DNA from: Macrostomum lignano
Taxonomy: Eukaryota
Assembly (NCBI GenBank): GCA_002269645.1
Contig: NIVC01001962.1
Span: 1-64,000 of the forward strand
Reading direction: 5' to 3'
DNA: 64,000 nt
A program made the translations under genes and the position numbers. The notes under the pieces were generated by a model, which worked only from the letters and a program-made list of their open reading frames with translations, searched no databases and had not been told where the DNA came from. Below are positions 35,871 through 48,577 of this stretch, piece after piece (within the stretch, counting starts at the first letter, position 1; each line of letters begins with the position of its first letter).

Positions 35871-36137
35871 GGGGTTGTAGCCCAGTGGTTAGAGCGTCTG
35901 ACTCACGACTGGAAGATCGGGGGTTCGATTCCCGATCCCACTCGGAACAATTTGTGTCCTTGAGCAAGACACTTAACTTTGAATTGCTTTAGTTCAAATG
36001 GGTGCCAGCATTAGCTGGGGTAATTGAGGGCGTGTGTGGCGACCCCCCCCCAGTCCTTGGACTGAACAGCCGTACGCAGCCTTCAGATGCGCCGCGCAAT
36101 AGCTGCGGCTGAGCTGTCGGTTGCACATGTCCCAATT
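35871..36137 (+). mobile_element. Second copy of the tRNA-derived CORE-like SINE (3' tail missing)
   Basis: A-box 35878-88, B-box 35922-32 and CORE-like segment 35953-77. It is highly similar over ~260 bp to the reverse complement of 9850-10124. Confidence 0.85.
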
Positions 36138-36354
36138 CTGCCTATTCTAAAATTTTCTAAGAAACGAGGTTTTCCGTCCTTCTACTTTTAGTAGTCCTTG
36201 GCTCGGACAGAATTGACAGTGTCCATTAATCTGCATTGCGATAAAGGAAACGAATGAGCCAGATACCGACGCAAACAAAAATTCACCAGGGTGTAGAGGG
36301 CGATTCTCAACATCAGTAGAGCCTGTACAAGTCAAATATGAAAATGAAGCATAA

Positions 36355-36994
36355 TCATTTTTTCTGCTTAGTCACTCCAGCCAGAGACAGCTTGACTTTG
36401 CCGGGCAGGTTGCAGCACAGGTCATTGTCCTTCACTGCGCGCATGAGGTCGCGCTCCGCGCGGCTGCACGACTTGTCGGAGGTGAACACGGCCAGGGCGG
36501 TCTTGACGGCTCTGCCTCGCTTGGTCGTGCCCGGGGTCAGCTTGGCTTTGAACTTGTAAGAGGCCAGGGTGCCGATGGGCGCGCACACGGGTATGGCGAA
36601 CAGCAGAATGTCGTCTGGCAGCGGCTGGCCAGTCAGGGACTCCAGCAATTCGCGGTCCTGGGCGCCAGGACCGCCAGCGCCTGAGGCGGCGCCTGCCTCT
36701 TCGTCGTCGTCTGCGTCGTCGAACAGATGATCCTCGGCGGCGACTGCGACAGCCGCTGGAGGCTGCGGCTGGGGCGGCTGCTGCTGCTGTCTTTGCTTCT
36801 GCTGTTGCTGTTGCTTTTGCTTCTGCTTTGATTGCTGCTTCTGCTGCTGCTGCTGCTTTTGCTGCTGTTGCTGCTGCTTCTTGCCGCCGCTCTGCAGCAG
36901 GCTCATAGCCAGCCGCCTGTCCTCTTCGTCCTGGTCCTTGTATTTGGCCTGCATCTTTTTCAGCTTGGAGCGCTGACCCCGCTTCACCAGCTGT

Positions 36995-37040
<46 letters not shown>

Positions 37041-40000
37041 TTTTCTGATTGTTTCCAGGCGCAGAAGTTTGCAGAGTTTCGACTGGCACCGCTGAGGCTT
37101 CCTCTTGCTTTGCTGAAGCCGCCACCAGAGGCTGGACAGTGTCGGCATCATCATCTGAGCTCTGTCCAGACTCTCCCCCATTATCAGGCTGCTCTGCTTT
37201 CAATGCGAGTCCGGGCTCGTCATCTTCGCTGTCGCTGTCGGTGTCTCCGGCGTCGGCCTCCAGATCCTCCACCTGCAGGCTCTGCATGTCTTCGTCAGCT
37301 TCGAGTTTGGCGGCGGCCGACTCTGATGAGTCAGTGCCATCTTTGGCCTGCTGCTGGGCCTTCAGCTGCCTGCGCGCCGCCCGCCTCTCGTGAGCGGCCA
37401 TCTTGCGCCTGCCGCTGGTTGAAGACGTGACGGAGGCCACGCTGTCAACCCGGCGGCGAAGCGAGCCGGCCCCACTGGCATCTTCGGCGGCGTGGCTGTC
37501 CGCGGCGGACATCGTCGAGGCCTGCCGGGCGACCTCAAATCGACCGTCGGCGCCGTACTCGTAGCGAATCTCCACGTCGTTGGTGCCGTCTGCCGGCTGC
37601 TCGTCATCCTCGCCGAACTCCAGCACCTCCGGCAGAGTCGGCAGGCTGGCCTCCGCGGCCGCTCCGTCAGACTCGTCGCCGACAAGGTCAGCGGCCGAGT
37701 AGGGCGCCGCGGCGCGCTCGCCCCGGTGATTCGGCACCGACTCCTCGTCGATGCGAAACAGGAAGCCGAAGCCGAAGGTGAGCTGCACGCTGGGCAGGAA
37801 GTTCTTCTTGCCGCGGATCATGAAGCTGCCGCTGGTCAGGTACTCGCCTGTGGGAGCCACCTTCGACACCTGGTGATGGTGCACCCACCAGGCGTTGCTG
37901 ACCACCTTGGCGGCCCAGGCGCTGGAGTACACCACAGCCATCTGGCCGGCCTCATTCAGAGTCTTTGGCGGCACCGGCTCTCCAGTGGGGTTCTTGATGA
38001 CCACGCTGCTGGCTCCGTGCAGGTCCGCGTGCACGTACAGGTCCCCGGCCTTGAGGTGCCGCTTCACGATCAACTCGTTCTGCTGCTGGTCGCGGCCGCC
38101 AATCACAACGTAGTTCTCGCTGCTGACGAACCAGTAGAATTTCTCAAACCAGAGCGGCTTGCGGACTTTGGCGATGCTGCTCACCTGCCATGTTTGTGGG
38201 GTTGCGGAATGGCGTGTGGAGTCCCACACCACACAATCCCACACTAAACCCTTACAAATCCCACAGAATCCCACACTATACCCTCACAAATCCCACACTA
38301 AACCAACACAAATCCAACAGAATCCCACACTAAATCCTCACAAATCCAACACAAATCCCACAGAATCCCAGACTAAATCATCACAAATCCCACAGAATCC
38401 CAGACTAAATCCTCACAAATCCCACAGAATCCCATCGAAAACCCACACAATCCCACACTAAACCCTTACAAATCCCACAGAATCCCAGACTAAATCCTCA
38501 CAAATCCCACAGAATCCCACAGAAAACCCACACAATCCCACACTAAACCCTTACAAATCCCACAGAATCCCAGACTAAATTCTCACAAATCCCACAGAAT
38601 CCCACAGAAAACCAAACAATCCCACACTAAGCCCTTACAAATTTCACAGATTCCAACAGAATCCCACACTTAACCCTTACAAATCCCACAGAAAACCCAC
38701 AAAATCCCACCTTCTGCGCCTCCTTAAGCATCTCATGCGTCTTCTTATCGGCAGCTTTGAGCGCCTTCTCCGACGCCAGCTTAGTCTTCTCCTCTTTGGC
38801 TGCGAACTGCTTCTTCTGGTCGAACAGCCGCTTGACGTTGCCGAAGGCGCTAGTGGCCAGGTCGATCTCAATGTTGTGACTCCGGTGCTCGGGGTCGAAC
38901 GGATTCGATAGGCGCAACACAATTGCGTTGCGGTCAAGGCGGAGCTCCTGCATAAATTCGCGGCTTTATTTAGAGCAAGGTCTACTTTAAATGGACAGGA
39001 ACGTACCGGCTGAGTAAATGGGGATCTGGGAGGCTGGCAGCGACCCAGCAACTGAGGGAGGCTGGTAGGGCCCAGCAACTGAGAATCTGGGAGGCTGGCC
39101 TAGCAGCTAAGGATCTGGGAGGCTGGCCCAGCAAATGAGAATCTGGGAGGCTGGCACAGCAACTGAGGATCTGGGAGGCTGGTGGGCCCAGCAACTGAGA
39201 ATCTGGGAGGCTGGCCTAGCAACTGAGGATCTGGAAGGCTGGCCCAGCAAATGAGAATCTGGGAGGCTGGCCTAGCAACTGAGGATCTGGGAGGCTGGCC
39301 TAGCAACTAAGGATCTGGGAGCCTGGTGGGCCCAGCAACTGAGAATCTGGGAGGCTGGCCTAGCAACTAAGGATCTGGGAGGCTGGCCCAGCAAATGAGA
39401 ATCTGGGAGGCTGGCACAGCAACTGAGGATCTGGGAGGCTGGCCCAGCAACTGAGGATCTGGGAGGCTGGCCCAGCAACTGAGGATCTGGGAGGCTGGCC
39501 CAGAAACTGAGGATCTGGGAGGCTGGCCCAGCAACTAAAAATCCAGAGTGCCCAGTATCACCTGGATCAAGGCCGCCACGGGGTCGCCCTGGGCGCGGGC
39601 AGTGGACACGAGTTCAGCCACGGCCTCCCAGTCCAGCTGGTTGGCCAGGGCGCTGTTAATGACCAGCAGGGCCTTCTCCACCGCGGCCAGGTTCAGCTGC
39701 AGCAGCTCGCCCTTCTCCCTGTCGGTGATCTGCGCTTCGGCCAGCTCGGCGAGCCGCTTCTCGTGGTCCTGCTTGATGTTGTCCAGCTTCTTCAGGGCCG
39801 CCTTCTCCTGCTGCAGGGCCTTCTGGTCCAGGCGTTGGCTCTCCATTTTGAGGAAAAATTCGTCTACAGCCTGGGTTCGGGATCGCAGTAATGATATTTT
39901 GTAGCTCACGCTGGGAATATATCCGGGTTGCGGAATGAAGTAGGCTGTGAGGATATGGGATTCGGGGATGGTATTGGGGTATGGGATTCGGGGATGGTAT

Positions 40001-43000
40001 TGGGGTATGGGGTTCTGGGATGGTATTGGGGTATGGGATTCGGGGATGGTATTGGGGTATGGGATTCGGGGATGGTATTGGGGTATGGGGTTCGGGGATG
40101 GTATTGGGGTATGGGATTCGGGAATGGTATTGGGGTATGGGATTCGGGATGGTATTGGGGTATGGAATTCGGGATGGTATTGGGGTATGGGGTTCGGGGA
40201 TGGTATTGGGGTATGGGGTTCGGGGATGGTATTGGGGGTATGGGATTCGGGGATGGTATTGGGGTATGGGATTCGGGGATGGTATTGGGGGTATGGGATT
40301 CGGGGATGGTATTGGGGTATGGGACTTTGGGATGGTATTGGGGTATGGGGTTCGTGGATGGTATTGGGGTATGGGAATTTAGGATGGTATTGGGGTATGG
40401 GATTCGGGGATGGTATTGGGGTATGGGGTTCGGGGATGGTATTGGGGTATGGGGTTCGGGGATGGTATTGGGGTATGGGATTCGGGGATGGTATTGGGGT
40501 ATGGGATTCGGGGATGGTATTGGGGTATGGGGTTCGGGATGGTATTGGGGTATGGGGTTCGGGGATGGTATTGGGGTATGGGGTTCGGGGATGGTATTGG
40601 GGTATGGGATTCGGGGATGGTATTGGGGTATGGGACTTTAGGATGGTATTGGGTTATGGGACTTTAGGATGGTACTGGGGTATGGGGTTCGGGGATGGTA
40701 TTGGGGTATGGGGTTCGGGGATGGTATTGGGGGTATGGGATTCGGGAATGGTATTGGGGTATGGGATTCGGGGATGGTATTGGGGTATGGAATTCGGGGA
40801 TGGTATTGGGGTATGGGGTTCGGGGATGGTATTGGGGTATGGGGTTCGGGGATGGTATTGGGGGTATGGGATTCGGGGATGGTATTGGGGTATGGGATTC
40901 GGGGATGGTATTGGGGTATGGGATTCAAGGATGGTATTGGGGTATGGGGTTCGGGGATGGTATTGGGGGTATGGGATTCGGGGATGGTATTGGGGTATGG
41001 GATTCGGGGATGGTATTGGGGTATGGGATTCGGGGATGGTATTGGGGTATGGGACTTTGGGATGGTATTGGGGTATGGGGTTCGTGGATGGTATTGGGGT
41101 ATGGGAATTTAGGATGGTATTGGGGTATGGGATTCGGGGATGGTATTGGGGTATGGGGTTCGGGGATGGTATTGGGGTATGGGGTTCGGGGATGGTATTG
41201 GGGTATGGGGCTCGGGGATGGTATTGGGGTATGGGATTCGGGGATGGTATTGGGGTATGGGGTTCGGGGATGGTATTGGGGTATGGGGTTCGGGGATGGT
41301 ATTGGGGTATGGGGCTCGGGGATGGTATTGGGGTATGGGATTCGGGGATGGTATTGGGGTATGGGACTTTAGGATGGTATTGGGTTATGGGACTTTAGGA
41401 TGGTACTGTGGTATGGGGTTCGGGGATGGTATTGGGGTATGGGACTTTAGGATGGTATTGGGTTATGGGACTTTAGGATGGTATTGGGGTATGGGGCATA
41501 GCATATGAATCTGAGCAAGGCGCGCTCCAGCCCACCTTATTGAAGCTGTGAAAGCGGATCTTGTCCTTGCCCTCAGTCTGCACCAGCTCCATAGGGTGAA
41601 ACTCCAGAAAGTCCAGTCCGCTGTACGGATCTACCGAGGCCGCCGCAGGCGCTGTGCCAGACGCAGCGGAACCCGTCGCTACGGAGGAGACCTCGCGCGG
41701 CTTGGTGGTGACGCAGGCTCGCACAGAGTCGTCAGGCCGGTCGCGCAGGCTGGCCACAATCGTCTCGCCCAGCTCGAAGGCGGCCAAGGCGGCAGCGGCC
41801 GCGGCTTCCACTGAGTCGGGCGTCAGCTGCGACTCCAGCGACTTCAGCGACTGGCCGGACGCGACGCGGAGGCAGTGATCGAGCAGGGGACCTCCGTAGG
41901 GGAACAGGCCGGTGAGGGACCTGGCCAGCTGGCCTTTCTGAGTGGCGGCTGCAGAGCAAACCGGGGCGATTGCGGCCAGGCTCCAGTCGCAGGCCTGCCT
42001 GGCCTTGTCCAGCTGGTAGGTCTCGCTGGTGACGATCTTGGTCTGGTCTGCCGCGTCTGTCCTCGGCCTGAGCAGGTGCACGATGGTGAACTGGTGATCA
42101 GTGAGCAGGGCGTTGCCCTTATCGTACAGCTCCACAATGAGGTGGAAAGTCCATTCGCCCGTGCCGAACTGCAGCCGAACAATGCGATCGATGCCAACCA
42201 GCTGGATCTGCTCCAGCCGCTTGTTCTTGATGTGCTTGCGCAGCTTCATTGAGAAACCGCTGGGCGTGATGTTCTTCGGCCAGTCAAAGTCCGTGATGTG
42301 CAGCCGGATGCCCGACTCGAATAGCAGGGTCACCTGGGGACAGGCGAGTCACGGTTGGCATGCGTGAGGGAAGGCGATTTATAAAGATTAGAGGGCGATT
42401 CCTAAAGATAAAAAGGCGATTCCTAAAGATTAGAGGGCGGCTCCTAAAGATAAGAGGGCGATTCCAAAAGATAATAGGGCGATTCCAAAAGATAAGAGGG
42501 CGATTCCAAAGAGTCGAAGGCGATTCCTAAAGATTAGAGGACGATTCCTAAAGATAAGAGGGCGATTTCTAAAGATAAGTGGGCGATTTCTAAAGATCAC
42601 AGGGCGATTCTTAAAGATTAGAGGGCGATTAATAAAGATTCCGAGGCGATTCCTAAAGATTAAAGGCGATTCCCAAAGATTAAAGGGCGGTTCCTAAATA
42701 TTAAGAGGGCGACTCCTAAAGATTAGAGGGCGATTCCTAAAGATTAGAGGGCGATTTCTAAAGATTCAAAGGCGATTCCTAAAGATTAAAGGGCGATTCC
42801 TAGAGATCAAAGGGCGATTCCTAAATATCAAAGGGCGATTCCTAAAGATAAGAAGGCGATCCTTAAAGATTAGAGGGCGATTCCTAAAGATTAGAGGGCG
42901 ATTTCTAAAGATTCAAAGGCGATTACTAAAGATTAAAGGGCGATTCCTAGAGATCAAAGGGCGATTCCTAAATATCAAAGGGCGATTCCTAAAGATAAGA

Positions 43001-43341
43001 AGGCGATCCTTAAAGATTAGAGGGCGATTTCTGAAGATCGCGATTCCTAAACATTCGAAGGCGACTTCTGTAAGGTTATAAGGCGACATTCCTGAAAGCA
43101 ACAATGTTCTTTATACATAGGGGTAATTTCTAAAAGAGAAAATAATTCCAAATTTAAATTAAACATGCTCGAAAACCAAAATCACGACCATCGCTCTCAC
43201 CTTGTGATCGGGCTTGCTCAGCCGAATCAAGTAGGTCTTATTATTGATGTCGTAGACGTTGGACACTCGCAGACCAATGCAGCTCTGTGAGATCTCGGCC
43301 ACGACGGCCACAATGTCCAGAGTGGTGAAGCGAGCCTTCAT
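36355..43341 (-). CDS. NEMF: Ribosome quality control subunit NEMF/Rqc2, 1104 aa; complement(join(36355..38184,38711..38947,39562..39870,41536..42333,43201..43341))
   Basis: NFACT-N: MKARFTTLDI, RVSNVYDINNKTYLIRL, LLFESGIRLH, PSGFSMKLRKHIKNKRL, GIDRIV. NFACT-R: WFEKFYWFVSSENYVVIGGRDQQQNE, YVHADLHGAS, VSKVAPTGEYLTSGSFMIRGKKNFLP. NFACT-C: LTGQPLPDDILLFAIPVCAP. All four introns are phase 0 GT..AG. Confidence 0.97.
38222..38710. repeat. AATCCCAC-based minisatellite filling NEMF intron 4
   Basis: Variants of aatcccacag/aatcccacactaaacccttaca run up to the splice donor. Confidence 0.9.
39015..39535. repeat. 28-bp minisatellite filling NEMF intron 3
   Basis: Unit gaggatctgggaggctggcccagcaact. Confidence 0.93.
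39950..41495. repeat. 26-bp G-rich minisatellite filling NEMF intron 2
   Basis: Unit gggattcggggatggtattggggtat, ~59 copies. Confidence 0.96.
42370..43075. repeat. 21-bp minisatellite filling NEMF intron 1
   Basis: Unit gggcgattcctaaagattaga. Confidence 0.93.
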
Positions 43342-43444
43342 TTCAGTTGCTTACTACTAAGTGAGTAGAAACAGGCGGGTTTGAAACTGTTGGCAGTGCG
43401 ATGTGGGGTTGAATAGCAAACTCAGTCCATGGCTGAAATTGTTG

Positions 43445-44105
43445 AGGGCGATTCTCGATTAAGTTGAGGGCGATTCTCAATTCCCAGTTAGAGGGGAGAG
43501 GGCGATTCCCAGTTAGAGGGAGTTGATTCGTAGTTAGGGGAGGGCGATTCCCAGTTAGGGGGAGAGGGCGATTCCCAGTTAGGGAGGGGGGCTGATTCCC
43601 AGTTAGATGGGAAGGGCGATTCCCAGTTAGAGAGAGAGATATTCCCAGTTAGGGAGGGGGAGCTGATTCCTAGTTAGGGGGAGAGGGCGATTCCCAGTTA
43701 GGGGGAGAGGGCGATTCCCAGTTAGATGGGAACGGGAAGGGCGATTCCCAGTTAGGGGGGGGGCGATTTCCAGTGAGGGAGAGGGCAATTTCCAGTGAGG
43801 GAGAGGGCGATTCCCAGTTAGGGGGGGGGGCGATTTCCAGTGAGGGAGAGGGCGATTCCCAGTTAGGGAGAGGGCAATTTCCAGTGAGGGAGAGGGCGAT
43901 TCCCAGTTAGGGAGAGGGCGATTCCCAGTTACGGAGAAGGCGATTCCCAGTTAGGGAGAGGGCGATTCCCAGTTAGGGGGCGATTCCCAGCTTGTGGGGG
44001 CGGGGCGATTTCCAGTGAGGGAGAGGGCGATTTCCAGTCAGGGGGGGGCGATTCCCAATTAGGGGGCGGGGCGATTTCCAGTGAGGGAGAGGGCGATTTC
44101 CAGTG
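43445..44105. repeat. ~22-bp minisatellite in the DDX21-NEMF spacer
   Basis: Unit gggcgattcccagttaggg(g)aga and variants. Confidence 0.9.
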
Positions 44106-44379
44106 AAAGAGAAAGGCCTCAAAGAAAAAGAAGAAAGTCTCAAGCAGAAAAAATGTTTCACAAAAGAAAAACTGGTCGGCTTGTTACTGCGAAGACGCAA
44201 AGCAGATTTCTCAGTCATCATTAGCAGCCTATGTTCTCATTCAGAGCAACCCTGGATTGCAGCAAAGTGCAACAGAAAAAAACGCGATGCAGCTCAACAA
44301 TTATTTAAAACTGAGGGCACACTTAGATATTCATTTTTTAAAAAATGCATCGATAAAACTTTTCTACTCGAGCCGCTAC

Positions 44380-44890
44380 TCAAGTCCTGGCCCGCTTGGC
44401 ATCAGGCCCTCCGCCTCCACCGCCGCCCCATTGGCGCTTGTTGTTGCCGCCGAAACTGTTTCTGAAACCGCCGCCGCCGCCTCTGAAGTTGCCGCCGCCG
44501 CCTCCTCTGAAGTTGCCGCCTCCTCTGAAGTTGCCGCCTCCTCTGAAGTTGCCGCCACCGCCTCTGAAGTTGCCGCCGCCGCTGCCATTTCGGTAGCCGT
44601 TGCGCGAGTTGTCAAATCCAGAATGGGGCGGCCGCTCCACTTCTTCGAGTTCGGGCAGCTCGGTGAGCTTCTCAAGCCGGTCGTAGCGGCCGTCAGTCCA
44701 GCGCTTCTCGACGATGTCCTCCATGTTCGATGGCAGGTCGAATAGCAGCGATTTGCGATCCTTGCTGAAGGTCACGTACTGCACCTTCTCCACCTGCTCG
44801 GGGTCCAGGCAGCGGCGAAGGGCGCCGAATAAATAGCCTTTGCCGCGAACCTGGGCGGGTCGGTGAGGTGTGATTGTGCAGGGGATGAGG

Positions 44891-44926
<36 letters not shown>

Positions 44927-45221
44927 GGCAGACAGACAGACAGACAGACAGGCAGACAGACAGACAGGCAGACAGGCAGACAGACAGACAGACAGACAGG
45001 CAGACAGACAGACAGACAGACAGGCAGACAGGCAGACAGACAGACAGACAGACAGGCAGACAGACAGACAGGCAGACAGACAGACAGACAGACAGGCAGA
45101 CAGGCAGACAGACAGACAGACAGGCAGACAGGCAGACAGACAGACAGACAGACAGACAGGCAGACAGACAGACAGACAGACAGACAGGCAGACAGACAGA
45201 CAGGATGACAGACAGACAGGC

Positions 45222-45266
<45 letters not shown>

Positions 45267-48200
45267 GGCAGACAGGCAGACAGACAGACAGACAGGCAGA
45301 CAGACAGGCAGACAGACAGGCAGACAGATAGACTCACAGTCTCAGCCTCAGTGTGCAGCACGAAGGCGGTGAAGCCCTCCCTGGCAGACAGGAGGCTGCG
45401 GCCAACAATTTCAGTTTTGCCGCTGAGCAGCACCAGTGCGGCAGCCACGGCTCGCTCGGCGCCCATGGCGGCGATGAGCTCGGAGGCCTCCTCGGCCAGC
45501 AGCTGGATGGTGGGATCCTGCACCGCCTGCAGCTGCTCCAGCGAGTGCCGGCCGGCCGCTTTGACCAAATCCGCGGTTGTGGGCGCGCCGATGCGCTTGA
45601 ATCTGGGCGGGATGTCGGGGAAAGGGGAAGGCGTGATTAGCTGCTCCTGATTCAATTATATCCCAATCCCAGAAATCCCCATCTGCAGAATTCGCACCTG
45701 ATGCCAGCCTGCCGTTCGACCCTCTTCAGTTCGGTCTCCTCCTTGACGGTGTAGAAGGTGACGGCGGCGCCGGACCTGCCGGCTCGGCCGGTCCTGCCAG
45801 CCCGGTGGATGTAGGACTCGGTGTCCTTGGGCGGGTGGCACAGGATCACCAGGTCAACATGCGGGATGTCCAGGCCGCGGGCGGCCACATCGGTGGTCAC
45901 CAGCACTCGGTATTTGCCGTCGCGAAATTTTTGCAGCACCAATTCGCGCTTGTCCTGCGGAATGTCGCCGTGCAGGACGTGACAGTCGCCGGACATCGCC
46001 GCGTGCGAGGCCAGCTCGTCGGCGTCGCGCTTGCGCTCGCAGAACACGATGCAGCGGGCCTGCGGGCCGCCGCACCTCACTCGGATCACGTCGGCGATGG
46101 CCGCGCTGCGCGAGGCGAACGGCGACAGGATGGCGAGGTGCTCGACGGTCTGGGCGGCCCGGCCCTGGCCGTCACCGGTGACCAGGTCCAGGCGGACCAG
46201 GTTGTCCGGGTCCAGGTACTTGGCAGAGGTCTCTTCGACCTGCATGGGGATTTATGCATTTGCTAGTTTGATTTATGCACTTGGGATCTCGGATCGCAGC
46301 TTTGGGAACTAGGCAAATGAGATCTGGGATATGGGATATCAGATTTGGGATCTAGGAACTGGGATCTCGGATCGCAGATTTGGGAACTAGGCAAGTGAGA
46401 TCTGGGATATGGGATATCAGATTTGGGATCTAGGAACTGGGATCTCGGATCGCAGCTTTGGGATGCAGGCAAATGAGATCTGGGATATCAGATTTGGGAT
46501 CTAGGAACTGGGATCTCGGATCGCAGATTTGGGAACTAGGCAAATGAGATCTGGGATATGGGATATCAGATTTGGGATCCAGGCAAATGAGATCTGGGAT
46601 CTGGGATATCAGATTTGGGATCCAGGCAAATGAGATCTGGGATCTGGGATATCAGATTTGGGATCCAGGCAAATGAGATCTGGGATCTGGGATATCAGAT
46701 TTGGGATCTAGGAACTGGGATCTGGGGTACCAGATTTGGGATCTAGGCAAACGAGATCTGGGATAGTGGAATTGGGATCTGGGATATCATACTTGGGATT
46801 TAAGGAATCATATATATTGGATTAGAGATCTCCAAGGTTAGGATCTTAAGAATTTGAGATCGAGAATCCGAAATTGTACTAATAAGAATCAGAGAAAGAT
46901 TCGAACTCAGGACTAACTCACCCAGGAGGGCAGCGTAGCCGAGAACAGCAGAGTCTGCGGCCTCTTCTTCTCCTCTTGGCCAGCATCTTCCTCGCCGCCG
47001 CTGTACAGCCGCTTGATCAGCTGATCAACCGAGTCGCGGAATCCCATATCCAGCATCCTATCGACTTCATCCAGCACCACCCGGCGGATTCTGTCCATCC
47101 GCAGGCAGCCCTGCTCGACCAGGTCCTGTACGCGGCCGGGCGTGCCAACCACAATGTCCGACCCGGCGGCCAGGGCCGAGCGGTGCTTCTCGTACGGCAC
47201 GCCACCGTAGACCGGCAGCACTACCAGGCCGCTGTCCGGCGGGCAGGTGGCCGTCAGATCGTCAGAGATCTGCTTGGCCAGCTCGCGGGTCGGCGCCAGG
47301 ATGAGAACGCGCGGGGCTCGATTCGGGGACCGCCGCTTGGCTGGCGTCTGAATGGCAAAGTAAGGAGGTTAACAATGTGAGATTGAGCTGACAAGAAGTT
47401 CTTGACGATGTGAGATTGTGCTGACAAGAAGTTCTTGACGATGTGAGATTGTGCTGACAAGAAGTTCTTAACGATGTGAGATTGAGCTGACAAGAAGTTC
47501 TTAACGATGTGAGATTGAGCTGACAAGAAGTTCTTGACGATGTGAGATTGAGCTGACAAGAAGTTCTTGACGATGTGAGATTGTGCTGACAAGAAGTTCT
47601 TGACGATGTGAGATTGTGCTGACAAGAAGTTCTTGACGATGTGAGATTGAGCTGACAAGAAGTTCTTAACGATGTGAGATTGAGCTGACAAGAAGTTCTT
47701 AACGATGTGAGATTGAGCTGACAAGAAGTTCTTGACGATGTGAGATTGAGCTGACAAGAAGTTCTTGACGATGTGAGATTGAGCTGACAAGAAGTTCTTG
47801 ACGATGTGAGATTGTGCTGACAAGAAGTTCTTGACAATGTGAGATTAAACTGACAAAACATTCTCAACGATGTGAGATTGAGCTGACAAGAAGTTCTCAA
47901 CGATGTGAGATTGTGCTGACAAGAAGTTCTTGACAATGTGAGATTGAGGTGACAAAACATTCTCAACGATGTGAGATTGAGCTGACAAGAAGTTCTCAAC
48001 GATGTGAGATTGAAAGTTCTGACAAGACATTCTTAACGATGTGAGATTGAGCTGACAAGAAGTTCTCAACGATGTGAGATTGAAAGTTCTGACAAGACAT
48101 TCTTAACGATGTGAGATTGAGCTGACAAGAAGTTCTTGAGCTGTCAAGCGTTGCTGTCGATAAAGAAGCCAGAGAGCTCAATAAAAATTTTCTCACCCCG

Positions 48201-48577
48201 GCTTTGCCAGCCCGCTTGTCCTGCTGCTTCAGCAGCTGAAGGACAATGGGCAGCCCGAAGGCCAGCGTCTTTCCTGTGCCGGTGCGCGACTGCACAATGA
48301 GATCGTGACCGGACATCACGTGATCAAACGACTGCTGCTGCACTGGAAACAGGCCGGTAATGCCGCGCTCTCGCAACTGATGCAGCACAGAGTCTGGAAG
48401 GTCGAACTGCTCCAGGCTGCGGTCGCCAGGCTGCTGCTCAGCCTCAGGCTTCTCAGTGTCCTCGGCAGCTACCTCTGCACTGTGCCCATTTTCCTGGCTT
48501 TCATCCGACTGCTTCTTTGTTTTCAACTGCTTGTTCTTCTTCTGTTGCTGCTTTGACTGCTTTTTAGGCGCCTTCAT
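44380..48577 (-). CDS. DDX21: Nucleolar RNA helicase 2 (DDX21/DDX50 family), 694 aa; complement(join(44380..44850,45338..45602,45698..46239,46922..47347,48197..48577))
   Basis: Motifs: Q motif LFPVQQ, SRTGTGKTLAF, PTRELAKQ, GTPGR, LDEVDRMLDMGF (the DEVD variant typical of DDX21/50), SAT, LHGDIPQ, TDVAARGLDIP, YIHRAGRTGRAG. A GUCT-like region and an RGG/FRGG tail follow. Intron phases 0,0,2,0 are consistent. DDX21 and DDX50 cannot be distinguished because that duplication is vertebrate-specific. Confidence 0.95.
44891..45330. repeat. (GACA/GGCA)n microsatellite, DDX21 intron 4
   Basis: Read directly from the sequence. Confidence 0.97.
46280..46800. repeat. 43-bp/78-bp GGGAT-rich minisatellite, DDX21 intron 2
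   Basis: Unit aggcaaatgagatctgggatctgggatatcagatttgggatcc (46581 to 46624). Confidence 0.9.
47375..48140. repeat. 33-bp minisatellite, DDX21 intron 1
   Basis: Unit gatgtgagattgagctgacaagaagttcttaac, ~23 copies. Confidence 0.95.

Noticed and set aside
35871-35945. tRNA gene (also at 10050-10124 on the minus strand)
   Set aside because: A and B boxes are present, but the anticodon and T stems pair poorly. Both copies continue into the same ~200-bp body and one has a tail and TSD, so this is a SINE head.
39928-41508. 483-aa Gly/Trp-rich ORF and overlapping ORFs
   Set aside because: They come from the 26-bp array on the antisense strand of NEMF intron 2.
47254-48069. SAQSHIVKNFL-repeat ORFs
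   Set aside because: They come from the 33-bp array inside DDX21 intron 1; the exons splice in phase around it.
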